A DNA stretch of 63,973 nucleotides, the filler included, from Reticulomyxa filosa (taxonomy: Eukaryota; Protista; Foraminifera): NCBI GenBank assembly GCA_000512085.1. It is 14 parts of 14 records of this genome, joined end to end, with 100 filler letters (N's around TTAATTAATTAA, not from the genome) between each part and the next. Parts side by side here need not be neighbours in the genome. Positions count along the whole stretch, not along the records: positions 1 to 2,409 come from ASPP01047582.1; positions 2,510 to 4,356 come from ASPP01007538.1; positions 4,457 to 6,006 come from ASPP01010299.1; positions 6,107 to 10,076 come from ASPP01009640.1; positions 10,177 to 15,681 come from ASPP01008558.1; 9 more parts are not named here. One strand, given 5' to 3'. Position 1 is the stretch's first letter. Every line of letters begins with the position of its first letter. The notes under the pieces were generated by a model. That model was given only the letters and a program-made list of their open reading frames with translations. It did no database searches and was not told where the DNA came from. The position numbers were made by a program, and so were the translations under genes. Positions 1-11,878 of the stretch are shown piece after piece.

Positions 1-144
1 ACTACAAAGTGCTTAGTGCAGTTTTTGCATAAAAACCTTTGTTTACCTCTTGTTAAACCATGCCTGACATATCTTTCTGAATTACAAAACCTGCAATGCA
101 TCATCCTCCATACTAGTTGCTCCCCTAATATAACATGTATCTAA

Positions 145-926
145 ATGTTAGCAATCCCCTTAATTTTAACTGGATTGTTAGGTTTAATATTTGCTCTAGT
201 AATAATGTATTCAATATTAATGTTCTTATTAAGTTTAGTTAAAGCTACGTTAGTTTACATATTCTGCATTATCGCAATTTCAGTTTTAATTGTTTCTGCA
301 CCGATCTTTTTAGCTTGTATGTTATTCCAAATTTCGTGCCCATTATTTGATGATTGGTGGAAGCATCTTATATCGTATACTTTGCAACCAGTTTTAGTTT
401 TTGCTTCTGTAACTATTTTCAATCTATTGTTGATCATACTTTTACATGCAACGATAAATTTTACTATTTGTGAATTTTGTCTATTAGGCGTGGATTTAGG
501 AGATATATATCAAGCTTGTTGGATACCTGGTTGGCGTACTATTTTAGGAACACATACACCGAGTTCAATGCCAAATTTCTATCTGCCAATGAACATGGCT
601 TCTGCAGCAATATGTTGGGTAATTGTTGGGCACGCTATGTATAATTTATTGGATTTATCAGCGATCTAACTAATCGATTGATTACTGGTCAATCGGGCTC
701 AGCTGCTGCTACAGCTTCTGCTAGCGGTATGGGCACTGTAACTTCAACAGCATTAGCAGCAGCTGAGTATGCGACTGTAGCTGAGCGTGCTGCTATATTT
801 GGAGCAACCAAAGGTAAAATCGATACTAGAGATGGCATAACTAGATCAGTATCAGGAGCAGCTGCTAAAGCTACGATAGGATCAACTTCTGATGCAGCTA
901 AAATCAAAAGGTTACCAAGCGGTTAA
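145..926 (+). pseudogene. virB6: VirB6/TrbL-family type IV secretion membrane protein, C-terminal part, frameshifted
   Basis: Multi-TM ORF 145-669 has the VirB6-like pattern 'SAPIFLACMLF..FDDWWKHLISYTLQP'. A Gly/Ala/Ser-rich tail continues in another frame (678-926) right after TAA 667-669. AT-rich, intronless and Rickettsiales-like. Confidence 0.72.
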
Positions 927-2212
927 AATAATTTGATAAGATTATCGAATAAAGTTTTGCCCAATTTATCGTGAGTTTTGATAGAAACAGACTTAGTATA
1001 AAACTTCTGGAGATCATGGCCGATTCCAATGGCAAATAATTCTAAAGGGATAGTGTGTTCTAATTTTTGACAGACTGATTTCAAGTGAGATTCTAAATAA
1101 TGAGGGATATTATTAGTAGTAGTGATTTCATCGAGAGGAATGCCATCAGAGATTACAATCAATATCTTTCGTTTAAAAGCAGTATTCAAAATTCGCTTGG
1201 CTGCCCATTTTAAAGCTTCGCCATCGATATTTTCCTTTAATAATCCTTCTTTTATCATCAAGCCAAAGTTTTTTTTAGCTTTAACATATGGCGTTAATGC
1301 CTTTTTATAAATGATATGCAATATATCGCTGACTCTTCCAGGATATGGTGGAGAATTCAGCTACATCCATTGTTGAAAACTCTTTCCTCCTTTCCAATCT
1401 ACAGTAGTGAAACCTAAAACCTCAGTTTTTATATTTAAGGATTCTAAAACTTGAGTAAGCAAATCTGCAATTACTGCTGCTATTGCAATGGGTAGACCTT
1501 GCATGGAACCAGAATTGTCGATTAACAAGGTAACTATGGTATCGTTTAAATTATCTTCTTTTAACATTTTAAAGATATTTCGTTTTTGATTTGCAATAAA
1601 TCCTGCGAGAGCTTTGGAATTCAAAATTCCATCTTCCAGCCCATAATCAAACGCAATATATTTTTTAGCCATAAGCTTGTGTTTAAACTTTTGCGCAAGT
1701 TTCCTAAATTCTTTGCGATTAGGTATAGTTTTAAAATCTAAATATTTTCTCAATTCGCTTAGCTTCGCACTTTTTTCCAATTTTTCAGCAGCTAATATTT
1801 TATCATTTGCATCGGTAAATATTTTGTAATTTAATTCTTTATCGTCAATAAAGCAATGATGCTTGATTTGAGTATTTTGATTGGATTCTTCTAATTCATA
1901 TTTTTCTTCTAGCTTTACTTTAACAGAATGCAACCAGTGTGGGGTAGTGTCTAATTCGCTAAGCCTATTATTATTTTTGGTTTGCATTTCAGATTGAATT
2001 TTAATTTTTGTTTCCTCAAGTATTTTAAAAAGTGTGTTTAATTCATCAGTTAAAAATCAGTTAAAACTTTAGCTATCAAATAGTATTCATTTTGATCGTT
2101 GATGGTTAACATCAATTTTTGCAGCGTAGTTTTATGTTGTTCAACAAACATCATAGCTGCCTGGGTCAAAGGTTGATAACCTGAAAAGTAACCATGTAAA
2201 GCCAGATAGAGG
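923..2212 (-). pseudogene. cobT: Cobaltochelatase CobT-family (VWA domain) pseudogene
   Basis: Motifs 'VTLLIDNSGSMQG', 'EVLGFTT..WKGG', 'PGRVSDILHIIYK', 'GLLKENIDGEALKWA' and 'ILIVISDG'. In-frame TAG at 1361-1363 joins ORFs 1361-1987 and 923-1321. Removing the 11-bp duplication at 2045-2066 extends the frame to 2212, where an IS end truncates it. Confidence 0.85.
2045..2066. repeat. Perfect 11-bp tandem duplication (ATCAGTTAAAA x2) that frameshifts cobT
   Basis: Read directly. Deleting one copy gives ...IAKVLTD-ELNTLFKIL... in frame with the ATG at 1987. Confidence 0.9.
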
Positions 2213-2409
2213 CAGGGCGATCGGATGAATAAAAATTATAAACAAGTTAGGATTTGAGCCATATAAAGATCATTCCAACCAGCAGTAACCCGCTTAATAG
2301 CCAAGCTTTTCTTAGCTTGATCTTTCTTTAAAATATTTAAAGCTAATCGTCTGACAACAGCAAAATTTCAGCTCCATGATTTTTTCTTAATCTTGATTGA
2401 TCCTCATTA
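2213..2409 (-). mobile_element. ISAs1-family insertion sequence: right end with transposase C-terminus and terminal inverted repeat
   Basis: Minus strand reads 'NEDQSRLRKNHGAE/FAVVRRLALNILKKDQAKKSLAIKRVTAGWNDLYMAQILTCL*' with one 1-nt frameshift and a stop at 2236-2238. This is a typical ISAs1 transposase C-terminus. It is followed by an ISAs1-type IR ending ...GATCGCCCTG (+ strand CAGGGCGATCGGATGAA, 2213-2229). Confidence 0.85.
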
Positions 2410-2509
2410 NNNNNNNNNNNNNNNNNNNNNNNNNNNNNNNNNNNNNNNNNNNNTTAATTAATTAANNNNNNNNNNNNNNNNNNNNNNNNNNNNNNNNNNN
2501 NNNNNNNNN
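2410..2509. other. Artificial contig linker (first of 13)
   Basis: N44-TTAATTAATTAA-N44. Identical copies at 4357-4456, 6007-6106, 10077-10176, 15682-15781, 17682-17781, 30684-30783, 38954-39053, 45862-45961, 50831-50930, 55138-55237, 59394-59493 and 62811-62910. GC content and gene style change abruptly across them. Confidence 0.99.
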
Positions 2510-3198
2510 TCTTCTGCTCTCTCCTCCTCTTTCATCTCATTCATCAACACGTCTCTTTCATTGCTCGCTTCCATTCCCTGTGTCTTGTCATGTCGTCCTA
2601 TCATGTCTTCCAATTGCTCTTCCAATTCCATGTTTGCATACATTTCGTTCCATTCACGCGTTGTTCGCGTTGCTCTTTTTTGTCTTTCTTGCTCTCTTCT
2701 TTCTTGTTCCATTATTCTTTCTTCTTCTTCTTCTTCTTCTTCTTCTCTTTCCTTCTCGGGATTCCTCTCGTTTACATTCTCCAAATTTTTTGCTTCTTTT
2801 CATTATCCCACCCATCTCTTCGTCATATTCGTAACTCTCATTGTCCAACACTTGTGCTTCGTTTGCTTCTGCTTTCTCATTGTTCTCGTCCTCCACTTCT
2901 TTTACTTCCTCCACTACTCCCAATTCGCCGCTTTCCGTTTTTACTGTCCGCTCACGTTCGACGTCTCTGTCAACGTGTTGCGGATATTTGAAATAAGGGC
3001 CACCAACTTGGGGTTCACATTCGTTCTCGCCGTCTTCTTTCCTTCTTTCTGCCGGAACGCAGACAGAAACGAGCTGCTTTTTTTTGAATAGGAAGTGTCA
3101 GTTAAATCTTGAAACGCCAAATCATGTTCTGAATTAATGGGCACTATTGTATTATCTTCCGAAGACTTTTTCTGACTTGATTTGCCAAAATAAGACAT
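2510..3198 (-). CDS. Hypothetical Glu/Arg-rich eukaryotic protein, 5' part, frame breaks unresolved
   Basis: Three consecutive minus-strand ORFs (2941-3198, 2654-2923, <2510-2784) with charged coiled-coil composition. Runs off the contig. Confidence 0.4.
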
Positions 3199-3549
3199 TT
3201 CTATTATTGTTGACGATAATAAAATTTTTTAGCTCTCCCCTCGCCACGGATTTCGGCAAACCTGGCTTTTCCCTTTTTACGAGTGTTTACAATGCATCCC
3301 GTTCAGCAACTTGTGAACATAAAATATTGCAAGCCAATAGTAAGAAACACTACTAGTTAAAAATAGAGAACTAATCTTAACAATACTGTAATTTACTGAG
3401 TTCAACGACAGTTAAAGCATTTGGAAAAGTTGCAAAAATGAGCTATCCTTTCCAATTGAGAAAAAAAAAAGAAATAATAGAAACAATGGAAAGTTAAAAG
3501 GAAAAACTCAGGCGTGACACCGTTCCCAAGAAAAGATAACGGACCTAAA

Positions 3550-4356
3550 ATGTTGGAAAAGAGCTGTTCTTTACCAATAATCGATCATCTATTACAAGAT
3601 GTAGATCAGCCAACAGGAAACACTGATAACGCTGATGATACTGAAAACAACAACGAAAAAGAAAACGAAGTGGCAATGGGGTATTCTTCTGACAACGCAA
3701 TGAAGTACGGGAAGATAAGAACCAGCAGAAGCAAAAGGAGTGCCCCGAACCAAAAATATTTGAAGCGTCTGCTTACGCAAATGGAGCAAGGTATAAATCC
3801 ATTCAAAGCAGATAATGAAGAGAAGGAGACGAAAGAAGTGAAGACAGGTCAAGAGGACCAACAATCGACCAGTGACGAAGACGTGAGAAAGCGAGCAGAA
3901 AAGGAAAGACGTCGAGTCATTGACGTGCGAAGACGAATGCGTGCCAAAGACAACTATGATTTCAAGTCCTTTTGGAGACAAGGTTATGTAAAGTCATATT
4001 ACCACATATAAATAAATATATATATATACATATATGTATATGTATATATAAATATATGTATATGTGTTTGATACATACAGCACAGATTAAATTGTGTCCA
4101 AAAAAAAAAAAAAAAAAAAAAAAAAGGTTACATTTAAATTTGCAGTGTCAAACATAATGACAACCACACTGACAACAAGTATGGTGAGTGTCCCATACGC
4201 GTATAAGATGAATGGTTTAGCGTATGGTGCATTGGTGACAGTGTGGATTTATGGGATGAATTGGTTCAGCACTCATTTGCTAATGCGCTGTCGATATCAC
4301 CTGACCACGTCGTGTTCAGATAGACACCGCAAACACAACATCCATGCCAAAGTGAA
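3550..4356 (+). CDS. Amino-acid transporter (Aa_trans/AAAP-like), 5' part, spliced
   Basis: Long hydrophilic N-terminus, then 'AVSNIMTTTLTTSMVSVPYAYKMNGLAYGALVTVWIYGMNWFSTHLLMRC', which resembles AAAP TM1-TM2. GT..AG introns lie around 3982-4125. Confidence 0.62.
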
Positions 4357-4456
4357 NNNNNNNNNNNNNNNNNNNNNNNNNNNNNNNNNNNNNNNNNNNN
4401 TTAATTAATTAANNNNNNNNNNNNNNNNNNNNNNNNNNNNNNNNNNNNNNNNNNNN

Positions 4457-5138
4457 GCCAAGTAGAACGGGCATTCGGCGCGGTTGGGGCAGCCGGCTTT
4501 CAGGCAGCCGTGGCGGTCGTTGGTGACGCGGCGCCACAGCTCGTCCTGGATGTTTTCCGGCCAGCTGTCGCGGTCGCCGTTCCAGCGGCGGTAATGGAAG
4601 GCGTCGGCCAGCTGGCGCAGGGCGTCGATCTCGGCCTGTTCCGGCTTGCGCTCCCACAGGGCCATGCTCGGGTCCATCGCCAGCAGTTCGCCCTGGGCGG
4701 TGTCGGCTGTCAATTGGTACAGGCGGTACGGGCACAGGTAGCGGCCGCGGCCCTTGGCCAGCGCAAAGGTCACCGCCAGGCCGCTTTTGTCGATCATGAA
4801 CGGCAGGTCGCGGTTGACCAGCTGTTCCTGCAGCGCGATGGTGGCACTGGTGACCACCAGTTTCTTGCCGCGCGACTTGGCCATTACGCCGCCGGCCAGC
4901 AGATAGGCCAGGCTCTTGCCGACACCGGTGGGGCCTTTCCACCACCACGATGCTGTCCCCGCTATTGTCTTCCGGCTCCTGCTCGTTATCCGTGGGCGGC
5001 ATGGTGCAGCGGCCGAAGGCGTTGGCAATTTCGGCCAGCATGCGGCGCTGCGCCGCGCGCGGACGGAAGCCGGGGCAGGTTGTCGGAAATGGCGCGGTAA
5101 TGGTCGCGCAGCAGGTTCTTTTCGATGTCGGTCAGCAT
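4457..5138 (-). CDS. dinG: ATP-dependent DNA helicase DinG, N-terminal part (two homopolymer frameshifts)
   Basis: Pieced across three frames: 'MLTDIEK..', 'RAAQRRMLAEI', Walker A 'GPTGVGKSLAYL', 'SATIALQEQL..RDLP', 'KGRGRYLC' and Fe-S Cys 'GCLKAGCPNRAECPF'. GC-rich bacterial contig. Confidence 0.9.
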
Positions 5139-5309
5139 GGGCGGCATTGTAACGGATTGGGGCGGTGGCTGCTGGCAAGGCGACATCGGCTACGCTGTTT
5201 TGCGACTGCAGCATGACGCATGGTGCGGCTGTGCTTACGATAGCGCCAAACAACGCCGCAGCGACGGCCATAACAGCACGACAGACAGCATAAAAAACGC
5301 AGTATCAAG

Positions 5310-5314
5310 AGGAG
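5310..5314 (+). promoter_or_regulatory. Shine-Dalgarno site of the decarboxylase gene
   Basis: AGGAG 7 nt upstream of the ATG at 5322. Confidence 0.7.
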
Positions 5315-5321
5315 AGCACCG

Positions 5322-6006
5322 ATGAATCCGGTGAGCAGAGTGTTGGTGGTGAGTGATGACGCCGCCTGGCGCAGCGATGTACTGGCGGCGCTGGAGGCTG
5401 TAACGGGCAAGATGGCCAACCCGTTCGGCCTGGTGTTCCAGGGGGTTGGCCGCAGCAGCGAGGCGCTGGAGCGCGTGGGCTGCGATGGCGAGATCCAGAT
5501 CGTGCTGATCGACAAGGGCCTGAAAGAGAAGGGCGCCACCCAGCCGGCGGTACAGCTGGCCAACCAGATCAACCAGCTGCGCCCCGAGCTGTCGCTGTAC
5601 ATCCTGCTGCAGGATGACGACGAGAAAGTGCTGATGGAAGAGCTGGCCAGCCACGCGATTGACGGTTACTTCTACCGCGACGAACGCGATTTCAACGGCT
5701 GGTTCCGCATTCTGGCTGCCGAGATGGGCGAGAAGGCGGCCACGCCGTTCTACGACAAGCTCAAGCAATACGTGCGTATGGCCAAGGATTCGTGGCACAC
5801 GCCGGGCCACGCCGGTGGCGACTCGCTGAAAGGCAGCCCGTGGGTGGGCGACTTCTACGACTTTGTCGGCGAAGAGATGCTGCGCGCCGACCTGTCGGTG
5901 TCGGTGCCGATGCTGGATTCGCTGTTGCATCCCACCGGCGTCATTGCCGAGGCGCAAACCCTGGCTGCCAAAGCGTTTGGCGCCCGCAAAACCTATTTCG
6001 CTACCA
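5322..6006 (+). CDS. PLP-dependent Orn/Lys/Arg decarboxylase, N-terminal part
   Basis: Receiver-like wing domain, then 'DSWHTPGHAGG', 'RADLSVSVPMLDSLLHPTGVIAEAQ.LAAKAFGARKTYFAT'. Truncated by the contig end. Confidence 0.9.
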
Positions 6007-6106
6007 NNNNNNNNNNNNNNNNNNNNNNNNNNNNNNNNNNNNNNNNNNNNTTAATTAATTAANNNNNNNNNNNNNNNNNNNNNNNNNNNNNNNNNNNNNN
6101 NNNNNN

Positions 6107-6145
<39 letters not shown>

Positions 6146-9100
6146 CATATTTGTTTTTTTTTCTATTTACACGTACCAAACTCATGTCATCCTCTGCAAT
6201 TGCATTATCTTCTTCGATTTGCAATGGCAACTCTTCGACAGCATTTGGAGCAGGCTCTTCATTTTCTTCTGGAAGCACCTCTTCTCTATCTTGTTCCTCG
6301 TCATTTTCAGTTTCGTTTCTCACGTTCAACTCTGCCTGGTTGTCTTCGATGACTCTGTTCGCGTCGGCAGCATTTTCCTCTTGCAATTCCATTCCGGTTC
6401 GTTCCTGTGCAGAGATCATTTCATTTGCATTGGACCGTATGGTGTTCATATGATTGGATCCATTTCTAGTGATTTCGACGTCATTGATTGAATTGTTTTG
6501 TTCCAATTCGTCTGTTCGATCTTCTCGTCCATTGTCATTTTCTTTACCATCGATGTCTTCTCTTTCATCGGGATGGACATTCATGTTTTCATCTTCCTCG
6601 TCTACATCATCGTCATCATCCTCTTCTACTTCATCCTCTTCAACCTCTTCGTCTTCCACATCCTCAACATCTTCGACTTCTTCGTCATCCTGTTCCCGAT
6701 CTTCTTCGTCGTCCTCGTCGTCTTCATCTTCATTGTCGTCCTCGTCTTGCTCTGTCTCTTCGTCATCTTGTCCAGTTTCTTCTGCACCACGTCGTTCAAT
6801 GTTTCGACTGGACATGCCAGGCGAGCGGGACCGCGATCGGCTACGACTCCGGCTTCGACTTTGACTGTGCACGCTTTGATCTGCTTGCGGCTCCGCATCG
6901 ACTCCAGGAAGAATTGCGCCATTCACTTCAAATTCAATTGGTGGATTTGTCATCGGTATGTTTGTCATTGTAATATCCATGTCCAGATCCAAATCATGGC
7001 GGTTATCAATGTTATCTAACAAGCGGTCAATGACCTCCATTGTCTCATTCACGGAGTCATTCAAAAATATCTCACGAGGATGTGATGAATCCAACGGTGA
7101 AGGCGGTGCAATCTCAAACCGTCCCATCGCTCCACTGAAAGGAGACGGACTGATCAAGCCATCTCCACTTTTGCTATTTCTCAGCGGTCGATGTTGATTG
7201 AGTGGACTGGTCAAACTCTGTTTCGATGAGATTGGGTGTCGTAATGGGAAGTATGAATCGACTTCACAAAGAGATTTGATCAATTTAATTGCTGGATCGA
7301 CAATCAAATGTGCCTCTTTTTCAGGCTAAACAACAAAGAATCAAATGTATTCATACACACATTTATTGTTTGTTCGTGCATACACAATTAACGAATTCTA
7401 TGATATTACAAACACTGTTTTGAATTGAACATACCAACAGTCTCGTGTCGATTAACATGCACAAGGATTGTACCAGGGATTTCTCAAGCATCAATCGAGC
7501 TGCAATGCGTGAGGATTTATCTTTGAAGTTTTTAATAAAGGATCGTAGCAATTCTAAGTCTGCAGCGACGCAGCTGATGATTTGAAAAATTTGATCCATT
7601 TCTTTGTGTCCGTTGACCAAGTTTTTGGTAAGCGAATCGACATGAGTGACCAACAAAGCCACAATTTTTTCGAGAGCGTGTTTTTCGGCGATGGGCAAGT
7701 GAGGAGTGTTTTGTGCATTGACCAAAGTTGACAATAATTCCATTGCCAATTTGCTGCTGCGATTGCTCATAATTATTCGCGATTCTAAATGATTTGATGC
7801 AGCGACAACCGAGTACGGCAAGCAGCGATCGACCACAAATTGTATGAATGTTTTTCCACGGGTCATATAGCTAATTACAAACTGATTGGTTTATTTGGAC
7901 AAACGTGCAACAATTCACATTTTATTTTTTCCTCTTCGTTATTGTTTCATTTACATATACACACACACATACAAAAAAAAAAAAATTACTTTTGATAAGG
8001 CTGGATAAACGTGAACGACATTTTTTACAACGTTCAACATATCTTCTGGACTGAACAATCGATGTGATGCCATCAATGCAATTAAGTGGCCACGAGAAAT
8101 CAATTTATCTTTTTCCTTGTCTTTTTCTTTCTCTTTTTCTTTGGATTCTTTTTTTGACGTGCTTTCTTCTTTTTGCAAGCTCTGAGAAGAGTAATTGGTT
8201 TGTACCATTTGCATGTCTCCGTCATTGTCTAACTCTTCATTTGCGGCATTGTTTGGTCGTTCCTGTTCCGTTTGCGTTTTTTTCAAGTGCACGTCTACCA
8301 CTCCATCCATCAACAATATGACATCGACAATCAAGTCCATAATGGTCTGCAAAGGTACGGATAAATGCGACCACGTGGAGGAATCATCAACAGCCATCAA
8401 AGTTGGCACGTGAGACGAAGGTACGCGATTGTCCGAATTGCCAAAAGGCGACAGTTTGGTTGATTGTTGAGACGACACAGCCGTCGTTTCAGGATTTTCT
8501 CTTCCAATTGCACTTGCTGTTGATGCATTGTTGTCCGGTGTTACTTGGGTTTGTGATACTTGTTGATTGGAATTCGTTGGAGTTGTCGACACGCCATTCT
8601 GTTCAGTTTGACTCTTTTCTTTCACAGACGCTGCTGCATTATCTTTTTATTTCGTCGTCCGTGTATTTTCATTTGTTTATTGTTCATCCCTTTATTAATA
8701 TAACAAAAAAAAAAAAGAAAATGCAAATAAATTTGATAAATACCTTTTCGCCTGCGAATGAGTCGGCTGCCACCAGAGTTGTTCATTTGTACTCCGTTGC
8801 GAATATCAATAGTAAATCGTTTGGAATCAACGAAAACGTCGACACAATGTCGTAACTCGTCCAAATTGGTCATATCTTTGGCGATGCATTGCTGCAAAAA
8901 TTCTTTGTATAATTTTTCAACGTTTGCAGAATTTGCCTCATCGTAAGAGCCCCACAAACAAGTTCTCGGGTCTTGAGATTCCCATTTTCCAGGATGTTCC
9001 AGTTCCAAGATCAAATTTTTTTTGCACTTTTCGATTGCTTGATGCGATGATACTTTGACTATATTTCGATGTTTCTTTATCGAGCAGCATCGTTGTAATG

Positions 9101-10076
9101 CTTCCAAGAAACACGAGTCGTTTCTTGCGATCAGCGGTTTGTGTGCTTGCAAAAATTGAGGCAATGATACCCATGGATCGACAATTGGGAAAGCTCCGTA
9201 GTTTTGTCCACTCTCTCTCATCCACGAAGCGTAGCGATTTCTTCGAGAATTGCGATAAGCAGCAATATAGCTATCGAACCCCTTAATGATTTGCTTTTCC
9301 ATGGCTTCAGTCAACAGTTTGGGCTCATCGAATAAATATTGCATTATGTCGGCACCCAAGTTGGTAAGTTTCATTGTTTTTTGTTCGCAAGAGCATTTGA
9401 GCAGATTCTCAAAGCTTCGATTTTCTACCATCCATTGCGCATATTTGTAATCGGCGGCAATTTCACTGATAATGGTTAGAGTAATGTTCAACAATCCCGA
9501 GTCCGCTTTCAAATATCCTTCGTACTTGTTATTCAATCGTTGTTCTTGTTCATTGGTACAAATCACTGGCTTCCATTCGAATAGACTCAATGTGTCGACA
9601 CATGCACTGAACAACTGTCGTTTCATTTCCTCACTCAAAGGCGGGATTAATCGCTGTTGCAATAGCGACTCTTTTTCATAAAACTCTTTCCAACATTGCT
9701 CCTTCTCTAAAATTTCCTCTTTGGTTTCGGTGTGCGATTCTTTTTTTTTGGAGCCACCTTTTTTGTCTGCTTCGAGTCTGTCTTCATTTGTTTTGGCCTC
9801 GGTGGATTGCGGATTGTTGACGTTCATAAGCGAGGAAGACACGGCAGCTAATGGATCGGCAATGCTACGAGATAAATCCAAGCCAACATCAAACATTCTT
9901 CGAAAGAAGCCGGACAACAGATTGCTTTCAAGATTGCCATGATTATTGGAGCTGCTTATGTGAATGCCCGAGGCGGGATTGGAATACGCATAAAATCCAG
10001 GTTGCTCAGGATTTCGATCCGACCCTCGAGAACGACGCAGTATTGCATTGGAATTGTTGTCATTCCGATTGTTGTT
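6107..10076 (-). CDS. HUWE1/Tom1-like large E3 ubiquitin ligase, internal spliced fragment with WWE domain
   Basis: WWE-like segment 'WESQDPRTCLWGSYDEANSANVEKLY...RFTIDIRNGVQMN..GGSRLIRRR' sits among helical repeats and is followed by a long Asp/Glu tract, the HUWE1 domain order. The HECT domain is not on the contig. Confidence 0.62.
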
Positions 10077-10249
10077 NNNNNNNNNNNNNNNNNNNNNNNN
10101 NNNNNNNNNNNNNNNNNNNNTTAATTAATTAANNNNNNNNNNNNNNNNNNNNNNNNNNNNNNNNNNNNNNNNNNNNAAAAAAAAAAAAAAAAAGATGGAA
10201 AATATTTGCAAAAAAATTTGTTGGTTTGATTTTCATCACAAGTAATATC

Positions 10250-11846
10250 TCATGGGACAGGATCAGTGGCTTTGGTGTGCTTCTGCTTCCACTTACGCCA
10301 CACATATATTCCAGTGAAACTCAAAATCCCAACAGTGGCAATGACAGCAGACACAGAGAAACCACTTTGGTTTTGTTTTGATTGTGTTTGTGTGGATATT
10401 TGTATTTGCACGGATGCCTGTGTTTGTGTCTGTCGTGTTCGGAGTGTCGGCTTTGGTGATGTCACTACGCCGTCAGTTTGGATCGATTTGTCGGCCATTT
10501 CAATGGTCAGATCGATCGTGCTTGCAGCGTGTAACTCATCCAGCAAAGCTGTGGGCAGAGCAACCTCGGAAAAGACTTGTCGATGTTCGACAGACTCCAT
10601 TTCGGAGTTGTGTATGTCATTCAATTTGCTGAGTGTCTCATTTTCTTGTCGCAAACGAATATTGTCTTGTGCGCTCTTGTGGGCAGCCCGAAGATCATCG
10701 ATAAATTCGTTTTGATTATGTTCCAGAACTTGCAGTCGCTCAAATAAATTGACATTGCGTTGGTGAAGCTCTTGGTTCTCTTCTTTTATTATTCCGTTTG
10801 TTTTCGTCAAGTCCTTCATTTCATTCTATTTATTCCACACATATATTTTTTTGTAACGTGTATTTCAATTGCACAAATTTGCAAAGCCTTTTCTTTTTGT
10901 TTGTTTTTCAAATGTAATAAAAAGATACTCCCAACAAAACTTCCAATTCCGTAGTTCGCTTGACTTCCTTTTCCAATTGCTTTATCTAAGTCCAGTCGCA
11001 AGTAGTCCATTTCAACACATATGCATCACAAGAAGGAAAAGAGTGTTAGGTTTGAACGAAACTGTATTGTGTGCTTGTCGTAATTGAAGTCGCAACTCGT
11101 CATATTGCGTCTCCAGCTCTTGCAAACTAGCTAATAATTCATCGCAAAATTTGGATTTCAATTCCAATTCGTGTATAATCTATCGACTCATTTTTTTTAA
11201 AATAAAAAAAAAAATGTTTGAACCTTTTTTAGTGATCGACGGGATGTAATTGGAAAAGATACATTGAAAAAATAAAAAAAAGAATAGAACTGCAAGTTTG
11301 GACGCATCGTCATTGGACTGATTGACCTCTTCGATTTGTTGGGAAAGGTCGTTGCATGTGGCCTTCCACATATCAATTTCGGCTTGGTATTTGTCGAGCA
11401 ACACTTGCGAGTTGCATCTCGGAATGAGCGTTTCCTGGACCACGTCCACTTGAAACCGCGCCGTCCGTGGCGTAGCCCACGACGACGATGACGATGACAA
11501 CATGGGCAACATCTCATCGCGTTCGTCGATCCTCGCCAAGGTAACATTGGACGGCAAAAACGAGTCGTCCGCGTTCATTTGCGGGTCGGTCGACAAAAGC
11601 ACGTTCTGACTTAGATCCGTGTGGTACTCGATCCATTCTATCAACTGGTCGTACAACTTGCCCTGGTAACGATTCGTAAACTGCTTTTCTTTCATCTGCT
11701 TCACCGCCATTTTCAGCTCGTCCACCGACCAAAGCGTCACGTGGTTCTTTTTATTCATTTCGTTATCATTTGTTGTACATGTTCAATCTTGCTGGTTCCG
11801 CAAAGTACACTTATGTACATATATACATACATATATATACAAATAT

Positions 11847-11878
<32 letters not shown>

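Noticed and set aside
1361-1363. Stop-codon reassignment or pyrrolysine readthrough of the TAG in cobT
   Set aside because: The same gene has two other inactivating lesions, and there are no other in-frame stops at conserved sites in the window.
2410-2509. TTAATTAATTAA palindrome recurring 13 times as a biological repeat or CRISPR-like array
   Set aside because: Always centred in exactly 44+44 Ns. It is a six-frame-stop concatenation linker, and ORFs ending in X...LIN are artefacts.
4930-5080. Programmed frameshifting in dinG (also at about 21310, 32265, 53700 and 58620)
   Set aside because: Each break lies in or near a short homopolymer with no evident stimulatory structure. Pyrosequencing-type indel error is the simpler explanation.
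1-6006. Horizontal transfer or gene clustering implied by bacterial genes next to eukaryotic genes
   Set aside because: Adjacency crosses artificial linkers, so no physical linkage is shown.
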